Source of the DNA: a virus
Taxonomy: Duplodnaviria > Heunggongvirae > Uroviricota > Caudoviricetes
Direction: 5' to 3' (one strand)
Length of the DNA: 41,420 nt
IMG/VR virus record: IMGVR_UViG_2721755647_000003
Coordinates: 1-41,420 of that record
Shown: piece after piece, positions 27,235 through 35,347 of the stretch
How positions within the stretch are numbered: position 1 is the first letter of the stretch
How the letters are laid out: every line of letters begins with the position of its first letter
Made by a program: the position numbers and the translations under genes
Notes under the pieces: generated by a model
The model's input: only the letters and a program-made list of their open reading frames with translations
Told to the model about the DNA's origin: nothing
Databases searched by the model: none

Positions 27235-28932
27235 ATGCCAATTTACACAGATGATCCGGGACAGGGCATTAACCAGCCAATTGGCAACGCGCCAGCAGGG
27301 CTTGGCGAATCGCTGCTTTCTTCCCTTAAGCAGGGATTTGAAGAGGGGCCGGTCATGTCCGGCTACCGCTTTGCGCAGGCCGACTCGCTGGCGAATGACC
27401 CAAACTCTACAGTTATCAGTAAGCAGGACGCAGATGAGCTCCTGAAGCAGTACGGCGTAAAGAGCATAAACGTGCCAGATTCTGGCGTTACGCAGGCTTT
27501 TCTCGATCATGTTATTGCCGAACGCAAAGATTCTCTGGCACGCCAGCAGATTGCGATGTCGGCACCGAGCGGGTGGGTAGCCACGCCGCTTAATTTCGCA
27601 GCCAGCCTAGCTGGTTCAATGGCAGATCCTGGTAACGTGGCGCTGGCGCTGGTTCCGTTCGCTGGAGAAGCAAAGGCAGCTTCTGTGCTTGGCCGATTTG
27701 GCGAGCGATTTGTTGCTGGTGCACGCATGGGGGCAGCGCAGGCGGTGGTGACCGTGCCGCTTACCGGGCTGGCAGCGGCGGCGGAAGGTGACGACTTCAC
27801 CTATAGCAACGCGTTGGAAAGTACTTTCTTTAACACGATGGCTGGCGGTCTAATGCATGCCGGCGGCGGCCTTATCGCCGATATCGTGCGACCGCGTCGC
27901 GTTCCCGATGCTGCAACGGGAGAGTCCCCGGCGTTTTCTGGCGATGCGCAGCCAACCCCGGTGATAACGCCTGACAACATTCCGGCGGGCGTGAATATCC
28001 CTGAGGTTGGCGCTAACGCAGATCTGGCGGCGGCCATTTCCAGTGAAGCGGAGAGCTACGCATACAGCCGGGCTTATGACGACGTGGTTCCTGACTATAT
28101 GGCGCGCCAGCAGGAGTTACAGAGCGGGCAGATCGGTAACGTTGCCGACCTGCGTGCCGAGCTTGCGGCTAATCAACGTCATGCTGACTCGCTTGATGCG
28201 ACGCTGCAACAGCGCACCAAAAAGTATCAGGGGAAGCGGATGAAGTTTAAGGATGCGCGCTCTAGGGCACTGAAAGAGATTCAGGCCGAGAAAGACGCCA
28301 TCGCTGCACGCAATCAGGAGATCAACACATCGCTGGAGCAGAACGCGACAGCAGAGCAGGCGCGCTGGCGCCAGTCTCAGATTTCCCGCGGCGAGATCCC
28401 CGACGACCTGAAAGTCACCATTTCCGAGCGTGCGCAGCAGATCCTGGACGGCATGCAGATGTCGCCGGTCGCTGGCGCAGTTCGCACTGCCGCAAGCGCC
28501 ATCAGGGATGCTGACTGGAGCGTGAACCAGCAGGCGTATCGCGCTGCGCTGGCACACATGATGGAAGGACGTAGCCCAGATGTTGAGCCCTTCTATGAAC
28601 TGCACAAACCGGCACTGCGTGAACGCGCCATCCATCGCATACAGAATCCGGCACGGCAGGTTGATGAAACGGCTCGCCCAGCAAGCGAAACAGCCGATCG
28701 GGTTTATCAAGAAACGCAAAAGGCAGATCATGAAATTACCGCTGCCGCTGCAGACCTTGATAACGAGCTCAACCTGAGTAACGCCCTGCTTGACGATATC
28801 GCTGTCGATAACCCTGATCTTGCGACCACGTTGCGCCAGAAACTCAATGATATTCGTGCCGACGCCAGCGACAATAGCATGAGCAACGCTTTCCGGGCAT
28901 TTGCCGCCTGTATGATTAACCGGGGGATGTGA
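27235..28932 (+). CDS. Internal virion / ejection protein (565 aa)
   Basis: Large Ala-rich ORF in the ejection-protein block. Confidence 0.6.
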   Translation: MPIYTDDPGQGINQPIGNAPAGLGESLLSSLKQGFEEGPVMSGYRFAQADSLANDPNSTVISKQDADELLKQYGVKSINVPDSGVTQAFLDHVIAERKDSLARQQIAMSAPSGWVATPLNFAASLAGSMADPGNVALALVPFAGEAKAASVLGRFGERFVAGARMGAAQAVVTVPLTGLAAAAEGDDFTYSNALESTFFNTMAGGLMHAGGGLIADIVRPRRVPDAATGESPAFSGDAQPTPVITPDNIPAGVNIPEVGANADLAAAISSEAESYAYSRAYDDVVPDYMARQQELQSGQIGNVADLRAELAANQRHADSLDATLQQRTKKYQGKRMKFKDARSRALKEIQAEKDAIAARNQEINTSLEQNATAEQARWRQSQISRGEIPDDLKVTISERAQQILDGMQMSPVAGAVRTAASAIRDADWSVNQQAYRAALAHMMEGRSPDVEPFYELHKPALRERAIHRIQNPARQVDETARPASETADRVYQETQKADHEITAAAADLDNELNLSNALLDDIAVDNPDLATTLRQKLNDIRADASDNSMSNAFRAFAACMINRGM

Positions 28933-31481
28933 TGGCAGCAAACGAATTTTTGACGCAGTGCGAGCGCAGTGTAAATGCTGCCGCTGGTCGCGAGCTTTCT
29001 TCCGATGAGATGGAGTCGCTGGTGCGTGACATGAACGACACCACTAGGCGAATTCTGGCGACCAATGAGGCGCTGTCTCTGGAAGAGGCCGCGATGCGCG
29101 CAGCGGAAGAACTGAGCAATGCCGATATGCTGGCAAAACAGATTGAGGCTCGCAATAAGGCAATCAACACCCGTATTGCCGCACAACGACTTAGAGAGCT
29201 TCGTACTATCTGGAAAGACCGCCCGGATATCGGGCTTGAAGCAATGCTGGTTGGCCGCAACGATGCGCGTACCGGCGCCCGCCGGTCGGTATCTTCGGAG
29301 GTGGCGCAACTGCGCGGCAAGTATCATTCCGGTATCAACTACGATTTTGACCGTGCCGGGCTGGTGCAATTCATCGCCAGCGGCAGCAATGACAGGGAAA
29401 TTGCCGATGCAATGTGGCGCATAGGGCGCGGGCAGTCAACTGACGGTATGACAAAGCAATCCGTAAGCGCTGCACAAATCATCATGAAATGGCAGGAAAC
29501 TGCGCGCATTGATGAGAACCGCGCCGGGGCATGGATACGCAAAGAGCCGGGCTATATAGTGCGCCAGTCACACGACATCATGAAGATCCGCGCCGCAGGT
29601 TATGAAGCATGGCGAAATGCTATTCTCCCGCGCCTTGATGAGCGCACTTTTGACGGCGTGGCTGACCGCGAGCAGTTCATGCGTAACATTTATAACGGGC
29701 TGGCTTCCGGCGTGCATCTTACATCTGAAAAGCCAGATTGGATGAATGGCTTTAAGGGATCGGCGAACGCAGCTAAACGCGCCAGCCAAGAGCGAATTTT
29801 GCACTTCAAAGATGGTATCTCGTGGCACGAGTACAACCAGCAATTCGGCACCGGCAGCCTGCGAGAGGCGCTGTTTGGTGGCTTAAACAGCGCTGCCCGC
29901 ACAACGGGCATGATGCGCGTACTGGGCACTAACCCACAGAACATGTTTAAGTACCTGACGGACACCATTGCTGAAGATATCAGCAAATCCGGAAGACCGG
30001 CAGCGTTGGCTGACTACATGACGAAGGTGCGTCGCATTAACCGTACCGTAATGCCGCAGGTTGACGGCTCGCTAAATATTCCTGGCAGCGTAGGCTGGGC
30101 CAATGCGTCGGCGGCTGTACGCGGCTGGTTGCGTATGAGCCAGCTTGGTGGCGCGGTAATCTCATCGTTTAACGACGTGCCTATCGCCGCTACCGAGATG
30201 CGCTACCAAGGGCAGAATTTTATGCAGGCGTTGCTTGGTGCTATGAGAGGCCGCTTCACGCGTTACAACAGCGCGGAGCAGAAAGAGATCCTTTCCTCTA
30301 TCGGAGTTTATTCCGACTCCATGACGCAGGAAATCATCCGGCGCATATCTGGTGATGACACGCTGAATGGAAAACTTGGTCGCGCGCAGCAGCTTTTCTT
30401 TAAGTACAACCTCATGAACTTCTGGACCGAGAGCGGTCGTAACAGCAACGCCATGATGATAACCAACTGGCTTGCAAAGAATGCTGACCAGTCTCATGCG
30501 CGGCTACCGGAAGACCTGCGACGCGTGCTGGATCTGCACGGTATTGGCGAACGTGAGTGGGAAATTTTTCGTAACATGGACATGGCCGATAGCGAAGGTC
30601 GTAAGTTCATGACGACCAGCGGCATGCGCGGCGTGCCTGACGAAGTGATTGCCGGTTATGTAGAGAGTAAGGGGATCAAACCAACGCAGCGCGCTATCGC
30701 TGACGCACGCGATCAATTGGAAGGGCAGTTGCGCGGCTACATCCTTGACCGCCTGAATATCGCCATGTCAGAGCCTGGCGATCGCACGCAGGCGTTTATG
30801 AAGATGGGCACGGTGCCAGGAACGGTGGCTGGGGAAGCAATACGATTCGCTGGTCAATACAAATCGTTCACTGCAAGCTTCATGCAGAACGTACTAGGAC
30901 GCGAAGTATTCGGGCGTGGTTATATTCCTGCTGGGCTTGGTGAGTCGAAAACCGGATCGCTGACGAATGCGCTGCTACGTAACGGGAAGGGGGCTTTCCT
31001 TGGTGCTGCAAACCTCTTTGTCTGGGCGACTATGTTTGGTTATATCTCCATGCAGTCAAAACTCATGCTGAAAGGGCAAACACCACGCCCGGCAGATGCC
31101 AAGACGTTTCTCGCAGCCGCATCTCAGGGGGGCGGTCTTGGCATCTTGGGTGACTTCATGTTTGGCGAGGTCAACCGCATGGGGGCCGGGCCGGTTACGT
31201 CGCTAATGGGACCGGCAGCATCGAACGCTGACAGCATTATCACGCTGCTCCAGCAGACCACGAGAGGGGATGCAGATTTGGGTGACTGGTATCGCACGGC
31301 ACTTGACAATACGCCATTCCTCAACGTGTTCTGGCTTCGTACGGCGATGAATGGTTTAATATTGAACAGGATACAAGATGCCCTTGACCCAGGCTCTCTT
31401 GAGCGTTATCAGCGCCGTGTTGAGCGTGAGCAGGGTAACGACTTTCTGATCCCACCATCGCAGTTCATGCTAGGTAAATAA
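28932..31481 (+). CDS. Internal virion / DNA ejection protein (849 aa), gp16-position
   Basis: Large ORF coupled to the previous gene; last gene of the GC-rich structural block. Confidence 0.6.
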   Translation: MAANEFLTQCERSVNAAAGRELSSDEMESLVRDMNDTTRRILATNEALSLEEAAMRAAEELSNADMLAKQIEARNKAINTRIAAQRLRELRTIWKDRPDIGLEAMLVGRNDARTGARRSVSSEVAQLRGKYHSGINYDFDRAGLVQFIASGSNDREIADAMWRIGRGQSTDGMTKQSVSAAQIIMKWQETARIDENRAGAWIRKEPGYIVRQSHDIMKIRAAGYEAWRNAILPRLDERTFDGVADREQFMRNIYNGLASGVHLTSEKPDWMNGFKGSANAAKRASQERILHFKDGISWHEYNQQFGTGSLREALFGGLNSAARTTGMMRVLGTNPQNMFKYLTDTIAEDISKSGRPAALADYMTKVRRINRTVMPQVDGSLNIPGSVGWANASAAVRGWLRMSQLGGAVISSFNDVPIAATEMRYQGQNFMQALLGAMRGRFTRYNSAEQKEILSSIGVYSDSMTQEIIRRISGDDTLNGKLGRAQQLFFKYNLMNFWTESGRNSNAMMITNWLAKNADQSHARLPEDLRRVLDLHGIGEREWEIFRNMDMADSEGRKFMTTSGMRGVPDEVIAGYVESKGIKPTQRAIADARDQLEGQLRGYILDRLNIAMSEPGDRTQAFMKMGTVPGTVAGEAIRFAGQYKSFTASFMQNVLGREVFGRGYIPAGLGESKTGSLTNALLRNGKGAFLGAANLFVWATMFGYISMQSKLMLKGQTPRPADAKTFLAAASQGGGLGILGDFMFGEVNRMGAGPVTSLMGPAASNADSIITLLQQTTRGDADLGDWYRTALDNTPFLNVFWLRTAMNGLILNRIQDALDPGSLERYQRRVEREQGNDFLIPPSQFMLGK

Positions 31482-31483
31482 TA

Positions 31484-32044
31484 ATGAAGGCAATTATATT
31501 TTTTGTTTCAATATTGATGTCTGCATTTTCTTTTGCAGGGCAAAATGTTAAATGCGAACTTCAATACTTTGGAGATAGCGATAAATTTAAGGTAACTCAG
31601 TTTTCTTTTATGGGGATTCCATCTGATTCATACCTTTATACCTGTGCCGACTGTGGAGGCATCCAGATAAACGTGTTCCCATCTATTCAGACTGTTGCTT
31701 CCTACTCATTTGAAAACAACATTGATTTCGAAAGGAAAATCAATGCTGAATACAACAGAAAAGACATAGCTAAACTTGAGATGGAAAACGTTACTCAAGG
31801 CGGGAGAATAAAATATTCAATCACCGATACTGGTTTGGCAGAGTTTTACCCAGAGGGCAAAAAGATAAGCTACCTCTACTTTTTAGCCAAGCAACAAAAT
31901 GGTAAAGAACAAGTAGGTTATTCAGGATTTGTTACCTCTAACGGGGATAAGTCATGCTCAATTATTGCGACATATCCAGGAAAAGAAATTTCTTTTCTGG
32001 GAAGTAAATCTCTAAGCTACTTTATGAATCATATATCAATGTAG
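31484..32044 (+). CDS. AT-rich secreted protein of unknown function (186 aa), signal peptide predicted by eye
   Basis: N-terminal MKAIIFFVSILMSAFSFAGQ hydrophobic signal; Cys-containing mature part; marked AT-richness relative to neighbours. Confidence 0.6.
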   Translation: MKAIIFFVSILMSAFSFAGQNVKCELQYFGDSDKFKVTQFSFMGIPSDSYLYTCADCGGIQINVFPSIQTVASYSFENNIDFERKINAEYNRKDIAKLEMENVTQGGRIKYSITDTGLAEFYPEGKKISYLYFLAKQQNGKEQVGYSGFVTSNGDKSCSIIATYPGKEISFLGSKSLSYFMNHISM

Positions 32045-32045
32045 C

Positions 32046-32057
32046 GTGACATGTCAC
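32046..32057. repeat. Perfect 12-bp palindrome GTGACATGTCAC (copy 3)
   Basis: Exact sequence; 1 nt after the TAG stop, directly followed by a terminator hairpin. Confidence 0.9.
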
Positions 32058-32083
32058 AGGCCGCTTTCGCGGCCTTGTTTTTT
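32058..32083 (+). terminator. Intrinsic terminator after the secreted-protein gene
   Basis: AGGCCGC-TTTC-GCGGCCT followed by TGTTTTTT. Confidence 0.65.
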
Positions 32084-32160
32084 AACGAATGCCGCCTCCG
32101 CCCGGGCGGGAATCCGCAGAACGCCCACCGCAGCGGGAGCCGTCAGCGGCAGTATCGTTG

Positions 32161-32673
32161 TTATACTATTGAATTAAATGATATCTTGTCCTTAATATCA
32201 TTAAGTTTGCCATATATCTTTTTTGCATAAGAATCAGCTTCCTCAATAAACTTCGACTTCTCATTATCAGGCATATTTTTGAAGGTATGTGCACATGTAT
32301 ATTGAGAGTAGTAATTGTGAAACTTGTTATACAAATTATTGAGTTCTTGTAAGTCTTTTTTATACTCAGGAAGGTATATGTTTATTAGCATTTCCATCGT
32401 TTGCAACGGATTGACTTTTGATGTGTCAAATTTACTACCAGAGTGGTAACTGGCATTGTTAACAAAATTGAGAATAGCCACTTCGCTTGAAGCTATGACT
32501 TTTTCAGTAAGTATGCAATTTGTGAATAATTGCTCACGTTTATCTCTTAATATTTTTTCGCGCTCTAATTTTATGCTGTTTTTGTATCCTTGCCTTGCAC
32601 TTATGTAAGTAGAAACTATAGCAATAACTGCACCTATCAATGCGCCTAAGATAGTATTATCCATATAAGCCAC
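32161..32673 (-). CDS. AT-rich membrane-anchored protein of unknown function (170 aa; one N-terminal TM helix, then coiled-coil-like domain)
   Basis: Hydrophobic TILGALIGAVIAIVSTYI segment; Lys/Asn/Tyr-rich remainder; third gene of a minus-strand operon. Confidence 0.6.
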   Translation of the reverse strand: MAYMDNTILGALIGAVIAIVSTYISARQGYKNSIKLEREKILRDKREQLFTNCILTEKVIASSEVAILNFVNNASYHSGSKFDTSKVNPLQTMEMLINIYLPEYKKDLQELNNLYNKFHNYYSQYTCAHTFKNMPDNEKSKFIEEADSYAKKIYGKLNDIKDKISFNSIV

Positions 32674-32689
32674 CTAAACTGCGTAAAAA

Positions 32690-33553
32690 TTATTTCCTGC
32701 CACTTCTGTAGTATATGTTGCGACCATTTTTGGTCACATTAACAACATGCCCCTTTGTTTCTACTTTGTTATTTGTTGCCTTATATACTTCAAAGTCAAA
32801 CCATGATATATGACTTATTTCGTCTATAGATACCATAATTTCTAGACCTTGAACTTTCTTTTTGCTTATCCCTTTTATCGCAGCACTGCGCTTAATTTGG
32901 ATTTCACCTGGGTAAGCGTTTGTAAATGTAACAGATAAATTTTCTTTGTTTCTGTACCCTGACATTAAAGGAACAAAAGATATGTGTTGGTGTGGCCCTT
33001 GATTTTCCGTTAGCTCACCAGAACCATTTATTATTCCAACGTATACTTTATTTGATGATAAAGTAATTAACATTGGTTTCTTAGGATCTGATTCGATTGC
33101 ATCAAGCAATAGCAAATCTAAAGAACCCTGGGAGTACGTTTTTCGCAATACTCTAGCTTTCATTGCCTCTGATATTTTGTCATAAATATCACGTTTATAA
33201 AAACAACCTAAAAGAAGATCTTTTAGCCAAACAAAAGATACATAACACAAAGAGAAGCAAATTGATGTGGCTGAGAGAAGAAGCAGCCACATGTAAATTC
33301 TATCTGTTTCTGGTTTTGATGTTACATTAAAAGTTTCCACCATATCGTGAACTAGGTGAAAATCAGGCCATTTATATTTTATAGCGGCTGCAATTATTAC
33401 TGATGCAACAAGGCAATATGTACCTAGTGCCGCTACCTTCATATAAAGAAGCTGGCCTTCGTGTCGGTATAAACGGAAATAATGATACTGGTTAGCGGTT
33501 ATCATAATATAACCGCTAACCAGGATTGGGATAATTAGAAGAGCTAGCAACAC
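32690..33553 (-). CDS. AT-rich integral membrane protein of unknown function (287 aa; about 3 TM helices plus C-terminal soluble domain)
   Basis: Three hydrophobic segments in the first 110 residues; GTG start overlapping the upstream stop (TAGTG). Confidence 0.6.
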   Translation of the reverse strand: MLLALLIIPILVSGYIMITANQYHYFRLYRHEGQLLYMKVAALGTYCLVASVIIAAAIKYKWPDFHLVHDMVETFNVTSKPETDRIYMWLLLLSATSICFSLCYVSFVWLKDLLLGCFYKRDIYDKISEAMKARVLRKTYSQGSLDLLLLDAIESDPKKPMLITLSSNKVYVGIINGSGELTENQGPHQHISFVPLMSGYRNKENLSVTFTNAYPGEIQIKRSAAIKGISKKKVQGLEIMVSIDEISHISWFDFEVYKATNNKVETKGHVVNVTKNGRNIYYRSGRK

Positions 33554-33762
33554 TACTTCCTTACAGTGGCAAGATCCTGTTTAACAATTGCAGCAGCGAG
33601 ACGACGCATCTCCTTAACCTCAGGAAGCTCAGAAATTTGCTGTGATGAGATATATACTCCACCACGCTTGTTAACCTGCGCTGACGCCGGAACTTCTGCA
33701 TTTTTTGCCTGAGGGCTGGGTGCATTATCCCTCGTTTTTGTACGAGCGAACCAAAATCCCAT
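33553..33762 (-). CDS. Small basic protein (69 aa), first gene of the AT-rich operon; possible DNA-binding or regulatory protein
   Basis: ATG at 33762 with strong GAGGAGG RBS; operator palindrome 27 bp upstream. Confidence 0.6.
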   Translation of the reverse strand: MGFWFARTKTRDNAPSPQAKNAEVPASAQVNKRGGVYISSQQISELPEVKEMRRLAAAIVKQDLATVRK

Positions 33763-33788
33763 ATCTCCTCCTCATGTAAACACATGGT

Positions 33789-33803
33789 TTACCTTTAAGG
33801 TAA
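33789..33803. promoter_or_regulatory. Perfect palindrome TTACC-TTTAA-GGTAA upstream of the AT-rich operon
   Basis: Exact sequence; a TAATAT -10-like hexamer lies immediately upstream on the minus strand. Confidence 0.55.
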
Positions 33804-33868
33804 TATTACGCGAATCTACATCACATCGCCAATGATTATTTTAAAGGCACATCCCTGTGCCGCCGCCG

Positions 33869-34579
33869 TCAGAAGAACCCTGCCTTGTCGTTGATGTACT
33901 CCGCGTGGGTCTGGATATCACGCAGGCATTTACTCACACCGACGATGTAGCAGAACATGGTGGTCAGCTCCGCCGCCGCGCCCGATACATCGTGCCCGTC
34001 TTCCTGTAACTGGTTTAGCAGATTCATCAGCAGTGAGTTCTCCGTCAGGCCGAGAACACCAGACGGCGAATGAATCAGGCTACGGTAGCCGGGCTTCAGT
34101 GGGGCACTGTAGGTTTTGTTCTCTATCTTCATCGCCTGCATTACTGCTGACGCCGTGGCGTTGGCTACCTGGTCGGCAACCATCTTTATGCGTTCTTCCT
34201 GCGGGAGCGAGTTTTTAATGTAGCTTCCGGTGCGGCGGATCTGAGGAAGAACCTCACCTGTAACCCATTTACGAAAGCGGTAGGGGATAGTGCCTGGTGT
34301 CACCGCATCGCGGCAGCGGAGGATCAGTGTGTAGAGGCCTGACTCGGAGATGATGTTGATCTCTTTTACTCGGCTGTCAAAAATTGCACGATGTTCATGC
34401 CCTATGTTGAACATAGACCTTTCATCATCATCCAGTTTTTCAAGTGCTTGGGTGACGTTTTGGATACGCAGCGCACTACAAACGTCTTGGGCTACAAACC
34501 ATGGTTGGCCATCGATAATGATGGAACGGATAGGGTTAACAGATTCAAATTTGAAGATGGCAGTTTGAGCATTAGCCAT
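33869..34579 (-). CDS. Bro-N domain antirepressor-like protein (236 aa)
   Basis: N-terminal FKFESVNPIRSIIIDGQPWFVAQDVCSALRIQN...ESGLYTLILRC Bro-N pattern; ATG at 34579 with GGAGAT RBS. Confidence 0.75.
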   Translation of the reverse strand: MANAQTAIFKFESVNPIRSIIIDGQPWFVAQDVCSALRIQNVTQALEKLDDDERSMFNIGHEHRAIFDSRVKEINIISESGLYTLILRCRDAVTPGTIPYRFRKWVTGEVLPQIRRTGSYIKNSLPQEERIKMVADQVANATASAVMQAMKIENKTYSAPLKPGYRSLIHSPSGVLGLTENSLLMNLLNQLQEDGHDVSGAAAELTTMFCYIVGVSKCLRDIQTHAEYINDKAGFF

Positions 34580-34733
34580 GGTGGTTATCTCCACTTAGTG
34601 ATTTTAATCACCACCGCAACGCCAATTACTGGTGGTGAACTGGACAAGGTTGGCGTACCGGCCTAAGTGGTACCGGCGTCCTTTCGGACCCCTGCCCAGC
34701 CCACCATAATTCGGATATAGCTGTGCTTAACGC

Positions 34734-34758
34734 ATAAAAAAACCACGTCTGGCGTGGT
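34734..34758 (-). terminator. Intrinsic terminator between the two Bro-related genes
   Basis: Minus strand reads ACCACG-CCAGA-CGTGGT followed by TTTTTTTAT. Confidence 0.5.
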
Positions 34759-34848
34759 ATGCGCCACTTAGTAACTCGGGACGCCAATCCCGGCACTGGA
34801 TTTTGCCAGTACCCGATTACTATGGCACAAGAGGAGTGCGATGTAAAT

Positions 34849-34863
34849 TTACCGCAAAGGTAA
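34849..34863. promoter_or_regulatory. Perfect palindrome TTACC-GCAAA-GGTAA
   Basis: Exact sequence, in the intergenic region between the two Bro-related genes. Confidence 0.5.
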
Positions 34864-34894
34864 ATATAAGCACTCCACTTGGTAATTGCAAACC

Positions 34895-35152
34895 TTATCT
34901 GGTTTGTTTTCGTAATTGTTCGGCACAATAGTCGAGATGTGTTTGCAGATCCCGCATAGACATCTGTGAGCTGGTGACGTAGTTAATCAGTGCAGTCAGT
35001 TCGGCAAGTGGGCCATCGACATTAAATCCATCCTTATCGAGATCCCGGAGTAATTTCATCAAGTGCGATCCCTCCACCAGTGACCTGACGCCTCCCGGCG
35101 TGTGAATCCTTTCGGTAAATCCGTCTTCCAGTGGATAGTGATACTGCTGCAT
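34895..35152 (-). CDS. Small protein (85 aa) homologous to the C-terminal domain of the adjacent Bro-N protein
   Basis: Aligns by eye to the Bro-N protein C-terminus (TPGGVRSLVEGSHLMKLLRDL...MRDLQTHLDYC versus SPSGVLGLTENSLLMNLLNQL...LRDIQTHAEYI); ATG at 35152 with GGAG RBS. Confidence 0.6.
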   Translation of the reverse strand: MQQYHYPLEDGFTERIHTPGGVRSLVEGSHLMKLLRDLDKDGFNVDGPLAELTALINYVTSSQMSMRDLQTHLDYCAEQLRKQTR

Positions 35153-35228
35153 CTTATCTTCTCCATGCAATAACTGTATAAATATACAGTATCAAATAAT
35201 TTGTTTGCTATCCAGCACGTTTTGCAAA

Positions 35229-35243
35229 TTACCTGAAAGGTAA
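35229..35243. promoter_or_regulatory. Perfect palindrome TTACC-TGAAA-GGTAA upstream of the tail fibre gene (identical to the 15321 copy)
   Basis: Exact sequence; TATGTGGTTTTT plus a GGTAAT half-site follow at 35275-35294. Confidence 0.55.
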
Positions 35244-35347
35244 TATCTTTTCGTATTTATGGGTTATCTATCCATATGTGGTTTTTCAGGTAATAGAATA
35301 ACCAGATATGCGGCGCAACGGGTGCTGCGACTATCTGGAGATTTAAC

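Noticed and set aside
28117-29369. Long minus-strand ORFs (274 aa and 213 aa) overlapping the internal virion protein genes
   Set aside because: Typical GC-rich antisense shadow frames; Ala/Arg/Leu-rich products; the plus-strand genes have coupled starts and coherent context
34598-34611. Inverted repeat GTGATT-TT-AATCAC upstream of the Bro-N start as a distinct operator
   Set aside because: Single occurrence with short arms; could arise by chance, so not called as a feature
5496-35243. Assigning the TTACC-N5-GGTAA palindrome to MqsA, whose ACCT-N-AGGT site it partly resembles
   Set aside because: Only partial resemblance and no MqsA-like protein is encoded here; left as an operator for an unidentified, probably phage-encoded, HTH protein
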